This document shows, in pieces, positions 9,449 through 20,829 of a stretch of DNA of 64,000 bases. The DNA comes from Dehalococcoidia bacterium (GTDB lineage Bacteria > Chloroflexota > Dehalococcoidia > Lucifugimonadales > CBDBON01): contig OZ240240.1 of the NCBI GenBank assembly GCA_965198105.1, forward strand, positions 2,168,755 through 2,232,754. The letters run 5' to 3'. The position numbers and the translations under genes are program-made. How positions within the stretch are numbered: position 1 is the stretch's first letter; each line of letters starts with the position of its first letter. The notes below the pieces were generated by a model that did no database searches, was not told where the DNA came from, and saw only the letters and a list, made by a program, of their open reading frames with translations.

Positions 9449-9821
9449 GCCAAGAGGGACTTGGAGTTGCCACGGATCCTCAGGAAGCTGGACAACTTCG
9501 ACCTGCTTGTGATCGACGACCTGGGCTATCTGCCGCAGGGAGCCGAGGAGTCCGAGGTGCTGTTCACGCTGATAGCTGAGCGTTACGAACGCCGATCTCT
9601 GGGGATCACCTCGAACCTGGTGTTCAGTGAGTGGGAGAAGGTGTTCGCAAACCCTATGGCGACCGCGGCGGCGATAGACAGGATCGTTCACCACTCCGTG
9701 ATCATGGAGTTCGACCTGCCAAGCTATAGGACAAACGAGGCCCACAATCGTCACATAGAGCAGATGTCAGACCGGCAAAAATGATTGTCGCATGACCGGC
9801 AAGAATGGTTGACGTGGAACA
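9449..9821 (+). mobile_element. istB: Truncated IS21: IstB C-terminal fragment (to 9784) plus right end
   Basis: LLVIDDLGY, ITSNL, AAIDRIVHHS; repeated GACCGGCAA units ending ...GTGGAACA. Confidence 0.8.
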
Positions 9822-10179
9822 TCTGCTTCGCCGCGAGGAAGTTGAGGCCCGTTGCAGCATCTCACGCAGCATGGTCTACAGGCTGATGAGGGAGGGAGAC
9901 TTCCCTGAACCGATCAAGGTCGGGGAGCGTGCCGTGCGCTGGCACGAATCCGAGATCACCAGGTGGATTGAATCTCGTCCCCGCGCAAAGGGACAGAGCG
10001 GTGTCAGCTCAAGGCGCAGGCGGTCCTCGATAAGGCGTTCACCCGGTGCGGGGATGCATCGGAGATATCAACTGCGGCTGAAGCGTCGCAAACCTGCCGG
10101 GCGCACATATCGTCGTCTCAGAGGACAGGCTAAAGCCGTCGCTCGGCCTCGGTCACGAAGTGGGCCCACTGATGCATGA
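9805..10179 (+). CDS. alpA: AlpA-family regulator / excisionase; the start lies inside the IS21 end
   Basis: LLRREEVEARCSISRSMVYRLMREGDFPEPIKVGERAVRWHESEITRWI. Confidence 0.85.
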   Translation: MVDVEHLLRREEVEARCSISRSMVYRLMREGDFPEPIKVGERAVRWHESEITRWIESRPRAKGQSGVSSRRRRSSIRRSPGAGMHRRYQLRLKRRKPAGRTYRRLRGQAKAVARPRSRSGPTDA

Positions 10180-11296
10180 GCGTCCGTCGCTTCTCGAAGA
10201 GGTCGCTCCGGGCGTACGCCTGCTCCGTCATGTTGCCCAGAGTATGGGCGAGCGCGGCCTCACTGACCGCCCACGGAGCACTCGTCTGCTCCATGCACCA
10301 GACCTTGAAGCTGCTCCTGAACCCGTGGACCGTGGCCCTGTCCGCAAGCCCCGTTGCACGCAGAATCTTGGTCAGCGTCATGTCGGAAAGAGGTCGTCCC
10401 GGCGCAACCGGAGACGGGAAGACCAGGTTCGAATCGTCCCTGAGCGGACGTGCCTCATCCAGCACGGCAAGCGCCGCATCACTCAGGGGCACACGATGCT
10501 CGGCACCCGCCTTCATCCGTCCGCCGAGGATACGCCACTCCCTGGCACGGAGGTCGAACTCATGCCACGAGGCGCCTCGCGCCTCCCCACTCCTTGCAGC
10601 CGTCAGTATCACGAACCGGAGGCACAGCCTGGCGGACAGGGAGGCGTTCGACGCCTCCACGATCCGGAGTGCCTCACCGACCTCCTGGTAGGGCAGGGAC
10701 CTGAGGTGCTCCTTCACCTGCGGCATGGGAGGAAGTGCGCCATCGATCGTCTCCCCCGCTACGTTGTGTTCCACAAAGCCGTGGGCCATGCACCAGCGCA
10801 GGATCGTCCGTATCCTCTGGCGAACCCTGCGCGCGGTCTCCGGGCGAGTCGTCCAGATCGGGTCGAGGACCCGCAACACCTCCTCTCGCCCTATCCGGTC
10901 CACCGGGATGTCTCCAAGGGTCGCCATGGCATGACGCTCAAGTGTCTGGATCCAGTTCCTGGTCTGCTTGGCACTCCTCCAGCGGGGCCTGTTGATCTCG
11001 TGGACCCTCAGAGCAGCCTCCCGGAACGTCGGCGTCGTCGGCCTGCGCTTCTCTGCAAGGAGATCACGCCCGTCGGCGACTCCAGCCCGGTTGTCGCTGG
11101 CGCGACGTCGTGCCTGACGCAGCGAGACGGCGGGATATCCCCCCAGACCCAGGTCCCGCCGTCTGCCCTCGATAGCGATGCGCTGGACCCAGCTCTTGGA
11201 GCCGCCGGGGGCGATGTTCAGGTAGAGTCCGCCTCCGTCACCGTACCTTCCCGGCTCTGAGAGAGACCTCACTCTGGCGTCTGTGAGGTTGGCCAT
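10130..11296 (-). CDS. P4-like tyrosine integrase with arm-binding domain
   Basis: N-terminal YGDGGGLYL...SKSW, LTAARSGE (R), MKAG (K), HGFRSSF, LAH and AYARSD catalytic motifs; next to a tRNA 3' end. Confidence 0.95.
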   Translation of the reverse strand: MANLTDARVRSLSEPGRYGDGGGLYLNIAPGGSKSWVQRIAIEGRRRDLGLGGYPAVSLRQARRRASDNRAGVADGRDLLAEKRRPTTPTFREAALRVHEINRPRWRSAKQTRNWIQTLERHAMATLGDIPVDRIGREEVLRVLDPIWTTRPETARRVRQRIRTILRWCMAHGFVEHNVAGETIDGALPPMPQVKEHLRSLPYQEVGEALRIVEASNASLSARLCLRFVILTAARSGEARGASWHEFDLRAREWRILGGRMKAGAEHRVPLSDAALAVLDEARPLRDDSNLVFPSPVAPGRPLSDMTLTKILRATGLADRATVHGFRSSFKVWCMEQTSAPWAVSEAALAHTLGNMTEQAYARSDLFEKRRTLMHQWAHFVTEAERRL

Positions 11297-11446
11297 ATTG
11301 GTACTTCCCCGTTTTCACACTCTTTTCCCCACGCGATATGTGGGATTGTACGGGAATTCGGGGGAACGAACAAGGCGCTATAGGATCCAACGCAGATAGG
11401 AACTCGGGACTCCTGGGACTCTTGAGGCCGTCATGGAGATGTGTGG

Positions 11447-11522
11447 TGGTACCCCTGCCCGGACTCGAACCGGGGCTCACGGTTTAGGAAACCGTTGCTC
11501 TATCCTCCTGAGCTACAGGGGC
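11447..11522 (-). tRNA. tRNA-Arg(CCT)
   Basis: GCCCCTGTAGCTCAGGAGGATAGAGCAACGGTTTCCTAAACCGT...GGTTCGAGTCC...CAGGGGTACCA cloverleaf. Confidence 0.95.
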
Positions 11523-11590
11523 ACGCCTCTATTATCGTACAATTGGGCGGCTGTTGGAAGCGGGGGCAAGAGTAGCTGTTCAGACTTGCG

Positions 11591-11671
11591 GGGACCCCCA
11601 TCTCAATCTTCCCCCGCAGACGGGGGAAGAGGTAAGGGAGCTTTCCCCCGCGGAGCCGGGGGAAGAGGGTA
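11591..11671. repeat. REP-like palindrome doublet (CTTCCCCCG-n-CGGGGGAAG family)
   Basis: CCCCCATCTCAATCTTCCCCCGCAGACGGGGGAAGAGG followed by TTCCCCCGCGGAGCCGGGGGAAGAGG. Confidence 0.85.
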
Positions 11672-11682
11672 AGAGATATCTC

Positions 11683-12819
11683 ATGGCCGGCAGGAAAAAA
11701 GCTCTCAGGGTGGTGGTGATCGGCGCGGGCATCGTGGGGTCGGCCATCGCCTTCCACCTGGCGCGGCGCGGCGTGCGGGTCGAGGTGGTCGAGTCGGGCC
11801 GGCCTGGCGGCGGCGCGTCGGGACACTCCTTCGCCTATCTCAACTCGTTCGGGAAGGAGCCGGAGAGCTACCACTACCTGAACCGGCGTTCGATGGACAT
11901 GTGGGACCGGTTCGCCCGGCTGCTCGGCGCGGAGGTGGGTCTGACGTGGGGCGGGAAGCTGTCGTGGGAGTCGACGGAGGAGGGGGCGGAGGAGCTGAGG
12001 GAGCGCGCCGCCCTGCTCCAGAGCAGGGGATATCCGTGCAGGCTGATGGACCGCGCCGGGATGCTGAGGCTGGAGCCCGGCCTGACGCCGGGAGAGGTGG
12101 CCCTGGCCGTCCACGCCGATACGGAGGGGCACGTCGACCCGCCCAGCGTGGCGCGCGCCTGCATGGAGAGGGTGCGGGAGGCCGGAGGCGGGGTCCGCCT
12201 GGAGACCCGCGCCACCGCTCTGTCGGTCCGCGGAGGCCGGGCGGCGGCCGTCCAGACGGCGGACGGCGACATCGAGTGCGACGTCGTGGTGCTGGCCGCC
12301 GGGCTGGGCTCGACGCCCCTCGCCGCCGACGTGGGCGTCCCGCTTCCCCAGCAGGAGAGTCCGGGAGTGGTGATGCGCACCGACCCCCGGCCGCCTCTCT
12401 TCGCGAACGTGGCCGTCGTGTACGCCCCTCTCATCGACGTGCGGCAGAGGGAGATCCACGTGCGGCAGTGCCTCGACGGCTCGGTGATGATCGGAGAGGG
12501 CAGCCAGGAGAGCATGGCGCGGGACGACTCGCAGGCTCACGCGGACGAGCTGCTCGCCAGGGCGGTATATTTTCTTCCTGCGCTGGACGGCGCGGCGGCT
12601 ATCCCCGTTCCGGTGGGATACAGGCCGATGCCGGCGGACGGGCTGCCCGTGATCGGCTTCGCCGAGGCGGCGCCCAACGTGTACATCGCGGTGATGCACA
12701 GCGGCGTGACGCTCGCGCCGCTCGTCGGAGAGTGGGCCGCGATCGAGATAGCCGACGGAGCGCGGATCGGCGCCCTGGAGGAGTACAGGGTCGAGAGGCT
12801 GAGGGAGCCCCCATCCTAA
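11683..12819 (+). CDS. FAD-dependent oxidoreductase (DAO/glycine oxidase family)
   Basis: VVIGAGIVG Rossmann motif, GASGHSFA, GYRPMPADGLPVIG, HSGVTLAP. Confidence 0.9.
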   Translation: MAGRKKALRVVVIGAGIVGSAIAFHLARRGVRVEVVESGRPGGGASGHSFAYLNSFGKEPESYHYLNRRSMDMWDRFARLLGAEVGLTWGGKLSWESTEEGAEELRERAALLQSRGYPCRLMDRAGMLRLEPGLTPGEVALAVHADTEGHVDPPSVARACMERVREAGGGVRLETRATALSVRGGRAAAVQTADGDIECDVVVLAAGLGSTPLAADVGVPLPQQESPGVVMRTDPRPPLFANVAVVYAPLIDVRQREIHVRQCLDGSVMIGEGSQESMARDDSQAHADELLARAVYFLPALDGAAAIPVPVGYRPMPADGLPVIGFAEAAPNVYIAVMHSGVTLAPLVGEWAAIEIADGARIGALEEYRVERLREPPS

Positions 12820-12895
12820 CCTTCCCCCGCGGACGGGGGAAGGGATTTTCGGGTGTGCGCCACCAGACCTTCCCCCGCGGACGGGGGAAGAGGCA
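12808..12895. repeat. REP-like palindrome doublet inside the recO 3' end
   Basis: Two copies of ACCTTCCCCCGCGGACGGGGGAAG. Confidence 0.85.
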
Positions 12896-13664
12896 AGAGC
12901 CTCCGCGCCACCAGGCTCATGAACTCCGCGCTCTTGAGCTCGCGCTCGGCGATGAACCGGATGTAGGTCCGCAGCGTCCTCTCCGTCTCGCCGGCAAGGC
13001 CGCGCGGTATCTCCATCTCCAGGAGCCTGGAGGGCGAGCGCTCCCGCTGGAGGAGCCTCAGCACCCTCATCGAGCCGACCGAGATGAGGACGGCGGGGGT
13101 GTTGGAGGTGTCGCGGCAGCCGGGGCACAGGACGCCGCCGAGGGCGCAGCTGAACCTGTGCTCCCGCGGCTGGAGCTCGGTGCGGCACTCGACGCAGGAC
13201 TGGAACTCCGGCCCGTACCCCGACAGCTCCAGCAGGCGCATCTCGAAGTACCTGACCAGCAGACCGGCGTTCGGTGTCTGCTGCAGCCTGTCGAGCGTAT
13301 CCGCAAACAGACGGTAGACGGTGTAGCCGACTGCCCGCTCGGGGGAGAAGAGATCGATCACCTCGGCCATGTAGATGGCCATCGACAGCCGCTCCAGATC
13401 GGCCCGCAGCCGGGGATAGGTCTGGAGCGTCTGGACCTCGCCGACGACGTCGAGCTGGCGGCCCTGTCCCAGCGAGACGGAGACGCGGTTCAGGAGCTCT
13501 AGGTGGCCGCCCAGCCTGCTGCCGGGGCGGCGGACGCCCTTCGCGACAGCCCGCAGCTTGCCGATGTCCGTGGTGAAGAGCGTGAGGATGCGGTCGGCCT
13601 CGCCCAGCGGGGTCTGCCGCAGGACTATCGCCTCGGTCTTGTAGCTCCTGTGTCTGGGCGCCAC
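12816..13664 (-). CDS. recO: DNA repair protein RecO
   Basis: YKTEAIVLRQTPLGEADRILTLFT, GKLRAVAKGVR, CVEC...CPGC zinc site; GTG start. Confidence 0.93.
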   Translation of the reverse strand: MAPRHRSYKTEAIVLRQTPLGEADRILTLFTTDIGKLRAVAKGVRRPGSRLGGHLELLNRVSVSLGQGRQLDVVGEVQTLQTYPRLRADLERLSMAIYMAEVIDLFSPERAVGYTVYRLFADTLDRLQQTPNAGLLVRYFEMRLLELSGYGPEFQSCVECRTELQPREHRFSCALGGVLCPGCRDTSNTPAVLISVGSMRVLRLLQRERSPSRLLEMEIPRGLAGETERTLRTYIRFIAERELKSAEFMSLVARRLLPLPPSAGEGLVAHTRKSLPPSAGEG

Positions 13665-13669
13665 TGGCG

Positions 13670-14281
13670 CTAGAAGTCCTGCCGTCCCTCGATGGCGCGT
13701 CCGAGCGTGTCCTCGTCCGCGTATTCGAGGTCGCCTCCGACGGGCAGCCCGCGCGCGGGGCGGGTCACCCTGATTCCGAGCGGGGCGATCAGCCCGTGGA
13801 TGTACATCGACGTCGCCTCGCCCTCCAGGTTGGGGTTGGTCGCGAGCACCACCTCCTGCATATCGGCGCTCCTCAGGCGCGCCAGGAGCGGGCCGATCTT
13901 CAGGTCGTCCGGTCCGACGCCGTTCATGGGAGATATGACGCCGTGCAGCACGTGGTAGAGGCCGAAGTAGGTGTTGGTCCTCTCGAGGGCGAGGACGTCC
14001 AGCGGCTCCTCGACGACGCAGATCCGGGTACGGTCGCGTGAGGGGTTGTCGCATATGGCACATGGGTCCGACTCGGTGATGTTGTAGCAGTGCGAGCACA
14101 GGACGATCCTGTCTTTGACGGCCAGGATGGCCTCCGCGAGCGACCGCGCCTGCTCTTCAGGCATCCGGACGAGGTGGTAGGTCAGCCGCTGGGCCGTCTT
14201 GGGGCCGATTCCGGGCAGCTTGTGGAACTCGTCTACGAGTCTGCCGACCGGGGGGACCGACCGGGTCCGCTCACTGGTCAT
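13670..14281 (-). CDS. recR: Recombination mediator RecR
   Basis: LPGIGPKTAQRL, C4 zinc finger, ICVVEEP, ATNPNLEGEATS, GGDLEYAD. Confidence 0.97.
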   Translation of the reverse strand: MTSERTRSVPPVGRLVDEFHKLPGIGPKTAQRLTYHLVRMPEEQARSLAEAILAVKDRIVLCSHCYNITESDPCAICDNPSRDRTRICVVEEPLDVLALERTNTYFGLYHVLHGVISPMNGVGPDDLKIGPLLARLRSADMQEVVLATNPNLEGEATSMYIHGLIAPLGIRVTRPARGLPVGGDLEYADEDTLGRAIEGRQDF

Positions 14282-14294
14282 AGGGCGCTCCCGT

Positions 14295-14596
14295 CTAGGT
14301 CAGTCCCGGCAGGTTGAGCCCGCCGGTCAGGGAGCTCATACGGCTGGAGGCCATCTCCTGGGCCTTGGCGAGACCCTCGTTGACGGCGGCCTGCACGAGG
14401 TCCTGCAGCATCTCCACGTCGTCCGGCGAGGCGACCTCCGGGTCGATCGAGATCGACTCCAGCCGCATCTTCCCGCTGATCACGGTCGTCACCACTCCAC
14501 CGCCGGCCGTCGCCTCGACCGTCGCGCTCTCCAGCTCCTCCTGCAGCTTGGCCATCTGCTGCTGAAGCTGCTGTGCCTGGCGAAGCATCCTCCGGT

Positions 14597-14600
<4 letters not shown>
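14295..14600 (-). CDS. ybaB: YbaB/EbfC nucleoid-associated protein
   Basis: QAQQLQQQM, ATAGGGVV, DDVEMLQDLVQAAVN; dnaX-ybaB-recR synteny. Confidence 0.93.
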
Positions 14601-16181
<1,581 letters not shown>

Positions 16182-16189
<8 letters not shown>

Positions 16190-16715
16190 CGGACATGACC
16201 CGGTCGAGGATGAGCGATTCGAGCGCCTTCATTGCGGCCTCTTCGGCGGGATCGTCGTGGTCGTAGCCTAACAGGTGAAGGACGCCGTGGACAAGGAGCG
16301 CGGTCAGCTCGTGGTCGGCATCGCGGCCCGACTGTCCCGCCTGCCTGACCGCCTGCGGGTAGGAGATTATCACCTCTCCCAGCCACCCCTCCTCCCTGGG
16401 CGGCAGTATGAAGTCGAAGCCGTCCGGGGACGCGGGTGGAGAGACGTCGCCCATGTACTCGCCTTCGTGCTCGAAGGAGAAGGCGAGCACGTCGGTCGTC
16501 TGGTCGAGCCCGCGGTACTCCGCGTTGAGCCGCTTGACCGTTTCGTCGTCCGCCACCACGACGTCCAGACGGGATCCCGGCGAGTCTGTTCGAGCGCGGG
16601 CCTCCGACGCTGCGTGGAGAGTCTGCGCGGCGGTTCTTTCGAGCCGGCTCTCGGAGCAGGTCTCCCTGAATTCATCGAAGACCTGAACGCGGATTCGGTG
16701 ATGGGTCGGCGGCAC
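16182..16715 (-). CDS. ybeY: rRNA maturation RNase YbeY
   Basis: LNAEYRG...TDVLAF, HGVLHLLGYDH. Confidence 0.95.
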
Positions 16716-16801
16716 GAGGGATCAGTTCTTACGCGGGCGGCGGTCCCACCTCCGCTTGCGAGCCGGTCTCCGGGAGAGGGGAAGAGCGTATGGCGTGCCT
16801 G

Positions 16802-17674
16802 CTACCGCTCGCCGTTGCCCATCGGAGACTGGAGGAACTGGAAGAGGTCGCTGTCCGCCGGCAGCACGACGGTGGTGTTCTCCGCGAGGAACATCTTGTA
16901 TGCTTCCAAGCTGCGCTTGAAGGCATAGAACTCCTCTCCCTTTTCGATGGCCTCAGCGAATATGGCGGTGGCTTCCGCCTCTCCCTCACCGCGGGTGATA
17001 TTCGCGTCTCTCTCGGCTTCGGCCCGGATGATGGTCGCCTGCCTGTCGACGTCCGCCCTGACCTGGGCGTCAACCTCCGCCCCTTCGGCCCGCTCCTTGT
17101 CCGCCTTTCGCTTGCGCTCGGCCTGCATCCGGGCGTAGACGCTCTCCGCGATCTCAGGCGGGAAGTCGGCCCGTTTGATTCTCACGTCGACAATCTCAAT
17201 GCCGAACTCGGTGAACTTGGGTGCTGAGTTCGCCGCCACTCTGCTCATGATATCTTCGCGCTTGGTCGTGATGATCTCGGCCTGGTTGTCACTCGCTATT
17301 TCGGTGCGCAGCTCCGAGGCGATTATCCCGATCGCCCTCGATGCGGCGCCCGTCTCCGTTCTCAGCGTCTGGAAGAACAGCAGAGGATCGTTTATGCGTG
17401 CGCGCGCATAAACGTCGATGATGAGGCGCTTCTTGTCCTTGGTCAGCAGCGAGCTGGGAGGCGCGTCGAATATCAGCAGGCGTTTGTCGAAGTAGTTCAC
17501 CGTGTCGATGAATGGCGCCTTGGGGTAGAGGCCCGGGTTCTTGATGGACCGCTGAGGCTCTCCCAGCCTCGTAATCACCGCTAGCTGCGTCTCGTCGACG
17601 GTAAACAGGAGCTGAGGGCCGACTATGCCCGCGATGACTGCGCCCAGGATGAGGAGTATTGCGAGAAGCTTCAT
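16802..17674 (-). CDS. hflC: Protease modulator HflC
   Basis: SPFH domain, LLTKDKKRLIID, VDVRIKRAD, RMQAER, FYAFKRSLEAY. Confidence 0.93.
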   Translation of the reverse strand: MKLLAILLILGAVIAGIVGPQLLFTVDETQLAVITRLGEPQRSIKNPGLYPKAPFIDTVNYFDKRLLIFDAPPSSLLTKDKKRLIIDVYARARINDPLLFFQTLRTETGAASRAIGIIASELRTEIASDNQAEIITTKREDIMSRVAANSAPKFTEFGIEIVDVRIKRADFPPEIAESVYARMQAERKRKADKERAEGAEVDAQVRADVDRQATIIRAEAERDANITRGEGEAEATAIFAEAIEKGEEFYAFKRSLEAYKMFLAENTTVVLPADSDLFQFLQSPMGNGER

Positions 17675-18753
17675 GGCGAACCCGTCGGCTGAGGAGTGGG
17701 CGCCGGGACCGGAGGAGCCGCGCCATTCAGGGGGAGGAACTGAAGGAGGTTACCCCCCGACTCGGCGGCGACGATGAACTTCGTGATGCCGGGCAGTATC
17801 TCTTCCATCGCCTCCAGATAGAGTCTCTGGCGAGTGACGTCCTTCGCCTTCTCATACTCTTCGAGCACGGCGAGGAAACGGCTCGCCTCGCCGGTCGCCT
17901 TTGCGATCTGCCCCTGCTTGAACGCCTCCGCGCCCTGTAGGACACGGGCCGCGTCACCCCTGGCCCTCGGCAGGATATCCTCCTTGTAGGCGTCGGCAAG
18001 GTTGATGATCCTCGCCTTGTCCTCCTTGGCTCGGACCACATCGTCGAAGGCGTCCCGGACCTGTTCCGGGGCGAAGACAGCGAGCAGCTTCACCTCACGC
18101 ACGTTGATGCCGGTCTTGTAGTCGTCCAGCAGCTGCTGGATGAGGAGCTTTGTCTCGGCCTGGATAGCTTCCTTCTGGTCTGTGAGAACGTCGTCTATCG
18201 GGCGGCTGCCGACCACCTGCCTGAGCGCGGTCTCCGCTATGTCTTTGATCGTGATGCCGGCAGGGTCGACGACCTTGAACAGGAACTGCCTGATATCCTT
18301 GATGTCGTACTGCACCTGGAGCTGCACGTCGGCGATATTGGGGGCTTCGCCCAGATTACCGTCCTCGTCGGGATCGCCGGTTATCATCAGCGACTCGGAC
18401 GGGATGGGTTGACCCCCTCTGACGCCCAGCTCCAAGAGGCGGACCTCCTGGACGTTCACTATCGCTCTGGTGCCGATCGGCGAGGGCCAGAACCAGTTCA
18501 GGCCCGGTCCCTGGATGCTATCGAACATGCCGAACCGGCGAAGCGCGGCCTGTTCACCGGGCTGAACGGTGTAGAAGCCGGTACCCATCCATATCAGCAG
18601 CATGACGACGAAGCCGCCGAGGACGATCACCCCGAACGCGCCTCCGCCTCCGCCCAAACGAAAACGCCCCAAGAAGGCGCGTATCCGCTCGGCGACCTGG
18701 TCTAGGTTTACTTCCGGCTCTTCCTGCCTGAACATTCTAAGTACTCTGAGCAT
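17671..18753 (-). CDS. hflK: Protease modulator HflK
   Basis: GFYTVQPGEQ, AETALRQVVG, AFDDV, YEKAKDVTRQRLYLEAME; start uncertain. Confidence 0.93.
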   Translation of the reverse strand: MLRVLRMFRQEEPEVNLDQVAERIRAFLGRFRLGGGGGAFGVIVLGGFVVMLLIWMGTGFYTVQPGEQAALRRFGMFDSIQGPGLNWFWPSPIGTRAIVNVQEVRLLELGVRGGQPIPSESLMITGDPDEDGNLGEAPNIADVQLQVQYDIKDIRQFLFKVVDPAGITIKDIAETALRQVVGSRPIDDVLTDQKEAIQAETKLLIQQLLDDYKTGINVREVKLLAVFAPEQVRDAFDDVVRAKEDKARIINLADAYKEDILPRARGDAARVLQGAEAFKQGQIAKATGEASRFLAVLEEYEKAKDVTRQRLYLEAMEEILPGITKFIVAAESGGNLLQFLPLNGAAPPVPAPTPQPTGSP

Positions 18754-18803
18754 GACTAATCCCAATTACATTATGACACATCCAGAGCGCCGGTGCACTA
18801 AAA

Positions 18804-20099
18804 CTATGGTTCCCGTGAGGTCGGCGTCCGGACATCCTCCAACACCGCTCGGAACTCCGGGTAGCTGGATACGGCCGACACGAGGCGGATGAAGCTCCTG
18901 AGGTCGCCCCCCGCCTCCCGAAGCTCCCTCAGCTCGCCGGCGATCGGGCTGACCGAAGCGGGGCTCTCCGCGTAGGTGCCGTGGAAGGCGAAATAGGCCT
19001 GGTTCAGCTTCCGGATGGAGAACCCGTGCTCGACGAAGAGCTGCCTCCGCTCCTCCATGTAAGCTTCGGCCTCCTCGATCAGGCCGCCGGCGAGGAGCTC
19101 GTCAACGCGCAGCCTCGTCGAGTGCATCTCCGCGCGGAAGTCGAACGTGTGCTCCCCGGCGCCGTGATCGGAGTGGACGGGGCTCGGGTCGGGAGGAGGC
19201 TCTCCCACGATCTTCTCGTAGGCCCGCCTGCCTATCTCCCGTCCCGCGATGTCGGCTACCGTCTCGTTGAGGGCGCGCATCTCAGGGCTACGGGACATGT
19301 TCTGTCCCAGAGGGCGGAAAAACAGGTAGTGGTGGAGCCACTCGTGCGCCGATATCTCAAGCGTTCCCGGCAGGCTGTGTCCGCTCGGTACGGATGCCGG
19401 ATATGTAGCGACTCCTCCCAGATTCGTCACGAGAGCAGAGAGGCCTGCATCGCTGAGAAGTCTGTCTTCGATCCATTCACGCTCATCCAGCCTTATGTCA
19501 GAGTCGATCAGCACGTCGTGGATCCTCTGAATGCGGCCGCGGGTCGAGGTGACCAGCAGCTTGGGCGGATCGGTCAACCGTACGTCGACCGGTGGAAAGA
19601 CGATACCGTTCCAGCCGGGAAGCCTCTCCTCTCGCACCACGGAGCTGACAGCCGATTCGAGCGCCTCCTCGACCTCATCACGGAGGCTCTGCCGTCTCGA
19701 TACGAGTCTGTCCAGCTCAGACTGTATTTGGGCAGTATCCGACGCGGCGGAGCTGCTCCCGCCCGTGGCCGAGTCGACGAGTCGCGCTTTGAGGCGCGAG
19801 ATCTGCTCCGTGAGGGCGAAGTAGTCTCGCACGGCGGCCTCCGGGTTCTCACCGCTATGGGAGCTCCAAGGGGCGATCGACGTCAGCCGATGGATCCACT
19901 TGCTTGGAAAGTTCGACACCTCCCACTGGACCAGGTCGTACAGGTACGGCGCCGCGGCTCGCTCTGCCGCGTTGAGCTTCAGCGCGTCGGGGCTGAACAG
20001 GAGAGGCAGCAGAAGGGCGAACCCCAATAGACGCAAGCGCAGCACTGCAGAGATCCGGCCGGCCAGCCGGACTATCATGTTAGGATGTGAAGCGTTCAT
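18804..20099 (-). CDS. Hypothetical membrane-anchored protein with HExxH zincin motif
   Basis: N-terminal hydrophobic segment; AHEWLHH...LNETVAD; LNQAYFAFHGTY. Confidence 0.7.
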   Translation of the reverse strand: MNASHPNMIVRLAGRISAVLRLRLLGFALLLPLLFSPDALKLNAAERAAAPYLYDLVQWEVSNFPSKWIHRLTSIAPWSSHSGENPEAAVRDYFALTEQISRLKARLVDSATGGSSSAASDTAQIQSELDRLVSRRQSLRDEVEEALESAVSSVVREERLPGWNGIVFPPVDVRLTDPPKLLVTSTRGRIQRIHDVLIDSDIRLDEREWIEDRLLSDAGLSALVTNLGGVATYPASVPSGHSLPGTLEISAHEWLHHYLFFRPLGQNMSRSPEMRALNETVADIAGREIGRRAYEKIVGEPPPDPSPVHSDHGAGEHTFDFRAEMHSTRLRVDELLAGGLIEEAEAYMEERRQLFVEHGFSIRKLNQAYFAFHGTYAESPASVSPIAGELRELREAGGDLRSFIRLVSAVSSYPEFRAVLEDVRTPTSREP

Positions 20100-20137
20100 G
20101 CGATACGGCTATTGTAGTTGAACGGACTCCAGCTTAT

Positions 20138-20818
20138 ATGCGCTTCCCTACGACCGGTGCGGACAGTCCTCTTCTGGTCACGTGCGCGTTCGATGACACG
20201 ATCACCGTAGGTGACGTGAGCGAGGCCATCATGGACGAGTTCTGCACTGCCGACTGGCGTGCTCTGGAGAAGGAGTACCTGGAGGGCCTCCGCAGCGTGG
20301 AGGAGATCAGCATGTGCCTGTACGGACTGACATCCGCCACCAAGCACGATATCGAGCAGCTGGTCTTGGGCGGCGTGGTCATCAGATACGCATTCGACGA
20401 GTTCGTCGACTACTGCCGAGGCGAGGGCATCGGACTGGCGGTTGTGAGCGGCGGGCTGGACCTGTACATCGACCCGATCCTGCGCCAGCTCGATCTGGGC
20501 GCTCTCGACACCTTCTACGGGCGTGCGGAGATACGGGCCGACGCCATCGGCGTATCGTACAGAGATCCCTCAGGAGCCTCGATAACGAGCGGTTTCAAGG
20601 AGTCGTACGTTCGACACTTTCGTTCGCTGGGGCATACAGTAGTCTACGTCGGCGCAGGTCTTTCGGACGTTTCACCCGCAGTCGAAGCAGACTTCATCAT
20701 CGCACGGTCTACCCTGCGTGAGGTCCTCGCCGACCGCGGGGTACCTCACCGGACGTTCGAGACGTTCAGCGACGTGGGGAGTCACGTCGAGGAGATCCGG
20801 CGCGGGGCGGACCGCTGA
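20138..20818 (+). CDS. HAD-IB family phosphatase-like protein (MtnX-like)
   Basis: CAFDDTIT, VVSGG, K and YVGAGLSD motifs, degenerate at the catalytic Asp positions. Confidence 0.75.
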   Translation: MRFPTTGADSPLLVTCAFDDTITVGDVSEAIMDEFCTADWRALEKEYLEGLRSVEEISMCLYGLTSATKHDIEQLVLGGVVIRYAFDEFVDYCRGEGIGLAVVSGGLDLYIDPILRQLDLGALDTFYGRAEIRADAIGVSYRDPSGASITSGFKESYVRHFRSLGHTVVYVGAGLSDVSPAVEADFIIARSTLREVLADRGVPHRTFETFSDVGSHVEEIRRGADR

Positions 20819-20829
20819 GCCGATGCCTG

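Noticed and set aside
11500-13502. Long ORFs 11500..13188(-) and 11901..13502(+)
   Set aside because: Shadow ORFs of high-GC genes, rich in Arg/Pro/Gly with no motifs.
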